Positions 35,555 to 42,748 of a stretch of 42,748 bases of DNA are shown here, piece by piece. The translations under genes and the position numbers were made by a program. Each line of letters starts with the position of its first letter. The first letter of the stretch is position 1. The stretch is from a virus (Duplodnaviria; Caudoviricetes): the IMG/VR virus record IMGVR_UViG_3300025270_001268, positions 1-42,748 of that record; one strand, given 5' to 3'. The notes beneath the pieces are model-generated. The model did no database searches. It was not told the origin of the DNA and worked only from the letters and a program-made list of their open reading frames with translations.

Positions 35555-37288
35555 TTATAATGCGCCTATAGCGGCGTTTTGTCCTTCCATGGCCCCCGCT
35601 TCTTGGGGAGATGGAGTGCCAACACCCGTAAGACTTTCAACGCCACGCTCACGGCCACCTGCAATTTGAGCAGTAGCTTGACTGCTCGCGGCAGCAACAT
35701 TAGCATTTTGAGCATTTGCCTGTACCTCCGCCATAACTGATTGTAGAAGCGCACCACTTGCTACTAACTGAGCAACAGCGGCTTCAGCCACTAATTGAGC
35801 TTCCTCATCATCGATATTCTCAATGATACCGCCCATATATCGTTCCATGAATGTTCGCCGACTAATAAGAGGTAGCCCATCAGCTCGTTCACGACGTAGT
35901 GCCAACCCTGCAAGCATCCGACGATCATTCTCTACCGGGTCAATAGCTTCAAATTGCACTCTAAAAGTAAATGCTTTCCAGTCATTACCACTGACCATTC
36001 GGTCTTGATTCTCAGTACCACCGTGTACATTCATACGCATACCAAGAGCCGCCATCTGCCTAGCCATTCCATTAAGCAGATCTCCACCCATGATGTCTAA
36101 TGCACGTCGTACAGGCGAAATAACCTTCAATGCCTGTCCGAGTAACAGTGCTTGGTGAATACCAGCGTCTACACCAGAGGGTCTCTCAGTTAACGACGGC
36201 GAGACCTTCCTCTGAATATTCGCCGTAATAACTTCCAGAAACCGAAGCATCGCCTCATTCGGAGGCTGTTGTTCCATCCACTCGGGTTTCTCACCGGGAT
36301 TGTATTTAATAACACTTCCTGCTGAGACCATAAACTGGCGACGTACTCTTCTAGGGTCATCGGTGGTAAGGAGTCTTGGATATGCACTAAATAGCCACTG
36401 ATGCGCCCACGCAGTCTTGATACGAATCTCTTCTTCAAGCTCACCTACTACTGAATCAAGTATACCCTCAGACAAATGCGAGGGCTCCCCATCATGGTTG
36501 GCGCGTCCTAATCCACTATAACTAAAGACATAAGGCAGAACACCGTAAGGATTTGGTTGATCAATGATTCTAATCCCATCTGCTTCCACCACATATTGAC
36601 CAGGGTCAGTTTGTTTACCATCTTTGAAACTTGGGCCAGACCAGAACTCAAGCCATTTTACTGGATCAGAGGCCTTGCGCTTCTTCCCACCACGTCGTAC
36701 AATAGGATCATGCCAATGATCAGCATAATGCATCTGCATATCAAGAACCGTCCGGGTCTGACTTTCCAAGACATAGGCTGGCGTTCTCTTACTGCCTGGA
36801 GCCGGGAAGATACTGAGAGGGTCGACCGCTTTAACGAGCCACGGAAACATACCTGTATCGGGATCCTCATCACCCCCAGGCGGAAGCATATACTCTGGAT
36901 CGATGAGAAACTTAATGCATCCAGCCCCGCGAAGAAGAAAGTCATGGACTACCTGCTGGATGGGATCGATCAGAGCACTAGCGCTGACTTCATGAAGTAT
37001 CCCGGCTGCCCACATCTGAGCCAATTCCTTGAATTGAAGAGCTGACTGACTTTTACCTGTAGTCTGGTAGGTTATAATAGGCTCATCAGTCCTGATCTGG
37101 TCACGCAGGTTATCAACCATTAAAGAGGGTGTACTACTCTCATGGATCTCCATTCCCTCAGGAACCTGCATCAAACTACCTACGTCATGACGGTACATCT
37201 TATCTGAGCGTGACCGCTTATTAGTAGTTGCAGCATAATAGCTGATCATCATACTTTCAAGTTCAGCTAGATCTTCAGGTGCTTTCAT
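35555..37288 (-). CDS. Portal protein
   Basis: 577 aa directly after the large terminase; VKAVDPLSIFP, NPYGVLPYV patterns. Confidence 0.8.
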   Translation of the reverse strand: MKAPEDLAELESMMISYYAATTNKRSRSDKMYRHDVGSLMQVPEGMEIHESSTPSLMVDNLRDQIRTDEPIITYQTTGKSQSALQFKELAQMWAAGILHEVSASALIDPIQQVVHDFLLRGAGCIKFLIDPEYMLPPGGDEDPDTGMFPWLVKAVDPLSIFPAPGSKRTPAYVLESQTRTVLDMQMHYADHWHDPIVRRGGKKRKASDPVKWLEFWSGPSFKDGKQTDPGQYVVEADGIRIIDQPNPYGVLPYVFSYSGLGRANHDGEPSHLSEGILDSVVGELEEEIRIKTAWAHQWLFSAYPRLLTTDDPRRVRRQFMVSAGSVIKYNPGEKPEWMEQQPPNEAMLRFLEVITANIQRKVSPSLTERPSGVDAGIHQALLLGQALKVISPVRRALDIMGGDLLNGMARQMAALGMRMNVHGGTENQDRMVSGNDWKAFTFRVQFEAIDPVENDRRMLAGLALRRERADGLPLISRRTFMERYMGGIIENIDDEEAQLVAEAAVAQLVASGALLQSVMAEVQANAQNANVAAASSQATAQIAGGRERGVESLTGVGTPSPQEAGAMEGQNAAIGAL

Positions 37289-38787
37289 TACTGCCTCAAC
37301 ATAAGAGCTTCAAAAGGATCACCCCGCAGACTATCATCCATACCACCAAGATAGTTACTTACAGAGCTAGTCCCCCACTCATCTTCTAGTTCTTCATAGT
37401 CCTCAGCTTCTGGCCTACTTGTACCGTAGTAGAACAAGCCCCAATAACCAAGTGCGCTACATGCATGGTTATTCGCCGGTTCGGGCTTACCATTCTTCAT
37501 CTTCCAGATACGCACACCCTCAACAGGGGACTTACCCCGGCCCATCTCAGCAATGGTTCCGACGCAATGCCGATCTACTTGAAGCCGGGGTCGTCCCGTC
37601 AGGGGGGATATAGTTAAGAAGGAGCGAAGTCTCTCAACGACATCTTCAACACGACGCTTCTTCATATTAAACCGAATATCTGTATCATCCATCCACCGTT
37701 TCGCTGTAGGCGGGTCACCATCATGATGCTGACTACCTGCAATATCCATTACATGCTTGCCACGACCTACATTTGCCCATTGAACCCGCATCCGTGCCTC
37801 ATTAATGATCTCCTCATGAGACCACTTATTCGCATAGATCTCATCAATTACCCGTACTGTGCCATCAACGACCTGTATAAATAGTACCGCATAGACAAAA
37901 TGACCAGGATCAATTGCCATATGAACTGGTAGGTCAGGTCGAAAAGAGAAGTCACCAACATGAAGCTTTGCATCAAATTCAGGCAAGACGGCATCAGTGG
38001 GTGCAGTTATGACACCGCCATGCCGCCGCATAAAGCGGTCATACGACATGCTGCCTTCCAACTGGACTATCGCAGGGTCTTCACGACCTCCTGGATAGAC
38101 TGACGGATTAGCCCAGGAAGGGAGATGGTAACTCCGAATATCTCGATCATTATCATGGTCACCCATGTTGACAAGCTCATCAAACCATCCTGCATTCAAT
38201 TCCGGACTTCCACTAAACCAGCCCCAGCTATGAGGATACAGACGTGCTAGGCGTCCATAGCAGCGCTCCCAGATCTCCTCACCCCACAGAGAGACCTCAC
38301 AGCCTATAATGCCTGTTGGCTCCTCACGACCTATCTTCTGAGCATCATATCCAGAAATGGTACGGAAGATTTGGTTATATCGCTTAGTTTGGAGAACACA
38401 AGGCTGATCATATCGGGCTGGTGCGCTAGTACGATCACTATTGAGATCTCCAAGAGAACGAAGCCAAGGTAGCAGCATATCATCCATTTCCAGGGATCCA
38501 AACTCACGGCGAGCTGTTTCAAAATCATGACCTACTACCCAATATAAATTACCAAATCCAGTGTTCAGAAGGCTGGCTGCCATCGCGTCATGCTGACTAC
38601 GAGCTACACCATATAGAGAGCCCATAAAGGACTTGCTGCTACCTTCTCCACCACAAAGAATCTTTATACGAGCATCGTCATAAAATATTTCTATCTGCTC
38701 AGGAGACAATGTGACACCAAGGTGTTTTACTACCTCACGCGCTGTATCCTGCCAGGCCGGGACTTGGATGCCGTCAATCAATGGCAA
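37288..38787 (-). CDS. terL: Terminase large subunit
   Basis: Walker A GGEGSSKS; GSPE coupling motif; PSWANP; RNase H-like AIDPG and VIDEIY. Confidence 0.88.
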   Translation of the reverse strand: MPLIDGIQVPAWQDTAREVVKHLGVTLSPEQIEIFYDDARIKILCGGEGSSKSFMGSLYGVARSQHDAMAASLLNTGFGNLYWVVGHDFETARREFGSLEMDDMLLPWLRSLGDLNSDRTSAPARYDQPCVLQTKRYNQIFRTISGYDAQKIGREEPTGIIGCEVSLWGEEIWERCYGRLARLYPHSWGWFSGSPELNAGWFDELVNMGDHDNDRDIRSYHLPSWANPSVYPGGREDPAIVQLEGSMSYDRFMRRHGGVITAPTDAVLPEFDAKLHVGDFSFRPDLPVHMAIDPGHFVYAVLFIQVVDGTVRVIDEIYANKWSHEEIINEARMRVQWANVGRGKHVMDIAGSQHHDGDPPTAKRWMDDTDIRFNMKKRRVEDVVERLRSFLTISPLTGRPRLQVDRHCVGTIAEMGRGKSPVEGVRIWKMKNGKPEPANNHACSALGYWGLFYYGTSRPEAEDYEELEDEWGTSSVSNYLGGMDDSLRGDPFEALMLRQ

Positions 38788-39175
38788 CTACATTTCCCTC
38801 TGTGATATCTTCTTCAATAACTGTAACAGCCGATGTTGCTTCTGCCGCCTCATTAACCTTAATACGGAAAGCAGCCTCAATTTGCATAGCAGGTGGTGTG
38901 TCGTCTTCGCCGTCATGCAATGTGAACCCCATCTTTGCAGGTAGCTCTAAAAGACGTAATAGCACCTTTGTGTCTCCCAAAGCTGCTTGCTGGATCGCTA
39001 ATTCGATTAATGAGTCGTAGTTCTCAGCGAGTTGCAGTAATCCCGACCGTACAGCACCCTGTAGCTGCTTGGCTAATGATTTAGCCTCAGCAATCTGTGC
39101 TTTAAGCTCAGGGGGTCTGCCAGCTCGTGCGCGTCTACCACCATGGCCGTTATAGTTGGCGTTATCTGCACTCAC
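38774..39175 (-). CDS. Putative terminase small subunit
   Basis: GGRRARAGRP motif, helical, upstream of terL; GTG 39175 inferred as start because a promoter overlaps the longer ORF. Confidence 0.65.
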   Translation of the reverse strand: MSADNANYNGHGGRRARAGRPPELKAQIAEAKSLAKQLQGAVRSGLLQLAENYDSLIELAIQQAALGDTKVLLRLLELPAKMGFTLHDGEDDTPPAMQIEAAFRIKVNEAAEATSAVTVIEEDITEGNVVAID

Positions 39176-39181
39176 AACTCT

Positions 39182-39211
39182 ATTATACCACATATAGCCT
39201 TGTCTATGCAA
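39182..39211 (-). promoter_or_regulatory. Sigma70-type promoter of the packaging/virion operon
   Basis: TTGCAT-18 nt-TATAAT with TGn extension. Confidence 0.7.
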
Positions 39212-39275
39212 CCACAATGGCTAACATCAGCTATGAAGGGTCTATAGTAATACTTACTATCATGATACTACATAC

Positions 39276-39397
39276 CTCTCAATTTTCTGCCATACTGTGA
39301 GGGGAGCGATATACCTATATATATAAAAATAATAATGTTTTTTAAGTGAATACTGGCTAGCGCTCTCTGTGTACACAGTATGTCATAATATTGGGAG
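39276..39397. repeat. Inverted-repeat element 2: 25-bp arms flanking a 72-bp spacer with an AT-rich core
   Basis: Arms CTCTCAATTTTCTGCCATACTGTGA (39276-39300) and ACACAGTATGTCATAATATTGGGAG (39373-39397); homologous to 1541-1634. Confidence 0.85.
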
Positions 39398-39673
39398 TTT
39401 CGCACATATGTTCTACAACCAGCCCGCAGTTAATCAAGGCGCCGAATTCGTTACTTAATGCTCAAAATGCTCTGTTTGACGCCAGATCAGCCGCGAAATA
39501 GCCCAAATTGGCGACTATTGGCCCCAAATTTACGATTTTAAGGGCAAAAACAGTGCCAAAACAGCCCAAATTCAAAAAAATATGGAGGGATACTTACGCG
39601 CGATGTAGAAGGTCGGAGTGCGAACGGTTGAACCACCTGGCCAAGCATCTCTCGGGGCTTCGCATCTGAATGC

Positions 39674-39708
39674 AAAAGAGCGGCCAACTTGTGACCGCTC
39701 TCTTTTTT
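39674..39708 (-). terminator. Intrinsic terminator ending the early operon, possibly bidirectional
   Basis: AGAGCGGTCA-loop-TGGCCGCTCT stem flanked by A/T tracts on both sides. Confidence 0.7.
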
Positions 39709-39755
39709 ATCTAGGCTCCGCTAGTGGTTACCTACCCCCACCCCCATTGATTGGC

Positions 39756-40103
39756 TTAGTGGATACTTGCACCAACCATCGGGGCTTCCCCTTCGTGGAG
39801 TAGACCGTAGCATTGGCACCCCGTCCACAACTGCCCATCAGGTGTCCTCGCACCTACATCGGGATGGCCGCACCGCACATAGACTCCATCCAATATCCAA
39901 GCTTGGTTGGTGTAGTCATACCCATTCTCAACCTTGGGATGATTCATTGACACATGGCCTTCCAATGTTGCCAGTGTCCCTTGGATTACATCACCACACA
40001 TCAGGCATGGCCGCGCCATCTTCTTCTTCTCTGTCCCGGTGTAGAAGATGGGCTTTGGCCGATGGGCTTTGACTATCTGGGCATCCGTTAACTCTCTAGC
40101 CAT
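39756..40103 (-). CDS. C2H2-type Zn-finger hypothetical protein
   Basis: CLMC...HVSMNH; start MARELT with GGAGG RBS and TAATG coupling. Confidence 0.7.
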   Translation of the reverse strand: MARELTDAQIVKAHRPKPIFYTGTEKKKMARPCLMCGDVIQGTLATLEGHVSMNHPKVENGYDYTNQAWILDGVYVRCGHPDVGARTPDGQLWTGCQCYGLLHEGEAPMVGASIH

Positions 40104-40222
40104 TAGTTGCTTCCTCCGAATATCTCGATTGCGCCAACCACGGCGAACACTCCCACAACCCATACCGCCACCACTAGATGTAGGGCCACCACTACCCACC
40201 AGGCTTTAACTTCGTCAAACAT
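40103..40222 (-). CDS. 39-aa membrane peptide
   Basis: AGGAG RBS; long hydrophobic stretch. Confidence 0.6.
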   Translation of the reverse strand: MFDEVKAWWVVVALHLVVAVWVVGVFAVVGAIEIFGGSN

Positions 40223-40350
40223 ACGCGCTCTCCTAAAATAGAATGAAGCCAGGCTATCACGCCCGGCCTCAAACTGTCTACCCATTACACTGCCCGATTA
40301 GGGGCAGTAGTAAGAGTGACCAACCCATCAACACAACCCATCGCACTACA

Positions 40351-40641
40351 TCACCCTTGTCCCTCGCTGTTGGTTCGGACTATCTCTCGCCATTGCACCA
40401 TGTCGAAAGCCGCCGCCAATAGGTCGCAATATATCCCCGTAATCCCTGGCTCGTCATTGTTGTCCTTGCCGGGGCTTACCCATTCGCGGATTGCATCGGC
40501 CTGGTCGCCCAGAGTGTCGCAACTCTGAACGATAGACATTAGCCGCTCGTAGCAATGAGGCTCAGTGGTCAACCAAACATTGACGCACCATGTCTCATAA
40601 TTGGGCCATCCTTTATAGCCGCGCTCGTCATTAGTAATCAT
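40351..40641 (-). CDS. Conserved phage hypothetical protein (GWxNYETW type)
   Basis: YKGWPNYETWCVNVWL motif; start MITND with GGAG RBS. Confidence 0.75.
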   Translation of the reverse strand: MITNDERGYKGWPNYETWCVNVWLTTEPHCYERLMSIVQSCDTLGDQADAIREWVSPGKDNNDEPGITGIYCDLLAAAFDMVQWREIVRTNSEGQG

Positions 40642-40897
40642 GCTCTGTCTCCCATGTTGTCCAGTAGCAGTCAAACTCGGGCCATTCTTGCTCTTCGTCC
40701 CATCGCCGCTGTTGTTCCTTGAATGCTTCCCTGAATCCCTCCGGTTCGTGTTCCTCGCAGTAGTGGTCGTCGCCAAACACATACCCGGTCTTGAAGCCTA
40801 CCGCGTCGCAGGTCTTACAAACACGGGCCAGGTCGTCAAGTTTGACCCGGCCTTTGTCGGTGACTTCATACGGTATCGGCTGGTCTAGTCTAGCCAT
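40631..40897 (-). CDS. Small Zn-binding acidic protein
   Basis: CKTC...CEEH; AGGAGG RBS before MARLDQ. Confidence 0.7.
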   Translation of the reverse strand: MARLDQPIPYEVTDKGRVKLDDLARVCKTCDAVGFKTGYVFGDDHYCEEHEPEGFREAFKEQQRRWDEEQEWPEFDCYWTTWETEHDY

Positions 40898-40979
40898 GTT
40901 CGCCCTCCTAAAATGCAAGATGGCCGCACCGTAGCACGACCACCTTTCCCATGTCTAGTTGTCTGGCTCCCGGTTTTAA

Positions 40980-41522
40980 TCAGTTCCGGTGTTCCTCCTC
41001 GTCCCAGGCAACGTACACCCGGTGGGCCTTCGCCGCTCGCCGCCCATTGATTCGACTTAGAAACTCCGTCACCTTCTCGCTGATTGTTATGCCCATGTCC
41101 TGGTAGGGGTCGGACTGGACCGAATCCAGTACGTCCCGGGCCATCTGGGCATTTTCGGCGGCGATCTCCTTGTAGTCGCTAGCGGCGGAGCCTGTCAGCT
41201 TGGCGGTACTCTCCAACCCTGCCGACGCGAGTGCCATCAACAGCTTGTCGATTTCGTCCTTGAGCCAGCCCATTTGGATGCCTTCAATGTTCCCGGCGTA
41301 TATCTCAACGTCTAGATGGGCGCTGAGTAGCAGTTCATCTTTGTCCCAGTTGGTCGCCGTTGTCTCGACGAATGTGCCAGTGGGCGAGAAGCCGCACTCC
41401 GGACACCCGGCCTCGTCGGTCACGCTAGTGTGGTCACCAGCCATCTGTATTGGCCAGCGGTAACGACATTGCAGACAAACGCGGTTCGTGTCGCCCTGGA
41501 AGTTCTCCCAACTTGCTGTCAT
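40980..41522 (-). CDS. Zn-ribbon hypothetical protein
   Basis: CLQC...CPECG; AGGAGG RBS before MTASW. Confidence 0.7.
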   Translation of the reverse strand: MTASWENFQGDTNRVCLQCRYRWPIQMAGDHTSVTDEAGCPECGFSPTGTFVETTATNWDKDELLLSAHLDVEIYAGNIEGIQMGWLKDEIDKLLMALASAGLESTAKLTGSAASDYKEIAAENAQMARDVLDSVQSDPYQDMGITISEKVTEFLSRINGRRAAKAHRVYVAWDEEEHRN

Positions 41523-41596
41523 ATGTCCTCCTTCATCTAAGCTTGAGCCAGAGTATAAACAGTCCAATAGCTATCCAGCTAATAGGTAACGTCAGT

Positions 41597-42748
41597 TCAC
41601 CAGCTTGAGTACCCATACTCCCGTAGGAGAGGGTCAATAGGCACATCCCTTTGCAAGCCGTCTTGCCAGGCCAACAACTCCGGGAGAAACGTAGGAAAGA
41701 ACGTGTCCATAAACTCTTTAGTCTCTGGTGAGTCCCAATCCACATCCGCAAGCGAGCGGTAATCGCCTGCGTAATCGTCCCAGACTGCGCCCGGTATCGT
41801 TGTCTCGATGTAGCGTATGGGTGACAGCGACGGCGATCTAAAACTTTTGGAAGTACCCATGCCTTGTGAGGATAGGTAATTACCAACCCAGGCGCGTTCC
41901 AGCGGTGCTTGATGTACCACTGGTGTAACCGCTGGTGCAAGCTCCAACAGCCATTCGCGTCCGTGTAAGGAGTACTGGTCTTTGCCCTGATGCCGTCCAA
42001 CCGTGGTGGAGGGCTTCGGCGGCACATGATTGAATTGCGTTTCACTGTACTTGCTCCAAAACGCATAGAGCCTGTTCAACTGTTCCTCTGTCTCCTGGGG
42101 CTTCCAGAACGCATTGGTGGTGTGTTCGTTGTAGTAACCGATGCCCATGTTGACGCAAGCGGTTCCGAGTTTCTCCAGATAGCCAATGTCGGAAAAGCTA
42201 CCATGCCCTATGGTGAATTGAGATTCCAATGCCGATAGCCAATCCTTATCCTTGTAATCGTAGGTCACCACATCGGTTCCCCTACGGTCAAAGCCGATTA
42301 TCCAGTTGTACGCCCTGGGGGCTTGGAAGTAAGCGGCGGTGGATTCTCCGTCTTCCTCGCAGTCGGTGAATAGTAGGTCAGCCCATGACCCACATCCAAG
42401 AGCGAGAGCGCACCCTAGACGGTCGTCCACCACCGGGCCACCAAGCTTCGCGGCCTTCTCTGCTACCCATTCCTCCGACAATACCTCCAACTCGTCTTTA
42501 GGTATGGTCGTCGGCGCAACTGGCTCGTTGTCCTGTGGAAACCAGTAGCCAGTGTTCTTGAATCTGTATGGGCCAAAGTTGGGTACAGTCGGAAGCGGTA
42601 GGTTACATCCGTACCGCTCGACCCAGGCCGCGTTTTTGCTGTCACTGGGGATAGTGGGAACTACAAAATCAGTGTGGGCCACAATTAGAATCTTCTTGCC
42701 GTTGTCCTGGTGGACTAGCAAGTCGCCTGATCGTGGCTCATACACATC
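41597..42748 (-). CDS. M28/M42-clan zinc peptidase-like protein, probably 5'-truncated at the window edge
   Basis: AHTD, DDRLG, CEEDG, FDRRG, YYNEHT metal-ligand motifs; frame open to the window end. Confidence 0.8.
   Translation of the reverse strand, partial: DVYEPRSGDLLVHQDNGKKILIVAHTDFVVPTIPSDSKNAAWVERYGCNLPLPTVPNFGPYRFKNTGYWFPQDNEPVAPTTIPKDELEVLSEEWVAEKAAKLGGPVVDDRLGCALALGCGSWADLLFTDCEEDGESTAAYFQAPRAYNWIIGFDRRGTDVVTYDYKDKDWLSALESQFTIGHGSFSDIGYLEKLGTACVNMGIGYYNEHTTNAFWKPQETEEQLNRLYAFWSKYSETQFNHVPPKPSTTVGRHQGKDQYSLHGREWLLELAPAVTPVVHQAPLERAWVGNYLSSQGMGTSKSFRSPSLSPIRYIETTIPGAVWDDYAGDYRSLADVDWDSPETKEFMDTFFPTFLPELLAWQDGLQRDVPIDPLLREYGYSSW

Noticed and set aside
39400-39755. tRNA or other known ncRNA in the large noncoding gap
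   Set aside because: No cloverleaf or T-loop GTTC-type signature in a suitable context recognised
41533-42066. 177-aa minus ORF overlapping the peptidase
   Set aside because: Alternative frame within a motif-supported gene; no RBS or recognisable features

Overview
This window looks like a nearly complete, probably circularly permuted ~42.7 kb genome of an uncultured tailed dsDNA bacteriophage with podovirus-like features: no tape measure, tail-tubular/nozzle-type genes, and very large internal virion proteins. It has three modules. (1) A minus-strand early region of small genes wraps around the window ends (42748->39756 and 1365->1) and includes an M28-like peptidase. (2) A plus-strand replication/recombination operon (1718-11836) encodes an MCM-like AAA+ ATPase, an ERCC4/XPF nuclease, a Cas4-like nuclease, a Sak4-like ATPase, a putative SSB, a UDG-fused family A polymerase and a DEDD exonuclease. 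(3) A minus-strand virion operon (39175->11829) encodes terminases, portal, 1192-aa and 2473-aa putative ejection proteins, scaffold, capsid, tail fibre and tail proteins. Sigma70-type promoters and AGGAG(G) RBSs indicate a bacterial host. The most striking observation is a tyrosine-recombinase catalytic domain (R447...K479...Y569xxR572...H597...Y606), plus a winged-helix-like segment, embedded in the 2473-aa putative ejection protein. The genome also carries two related noncoding elements (1541-1634 and 39276-39397). Each has 25-bp inverted arms around a shared AT-rich core, and that core is in opposite orientation in the two copies. Together these suggest a virion-delivered site-specific recombination system; this link is a hypothesis, not demonstrated. 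All protein calls come from motif recognition by eye, with no database searches.
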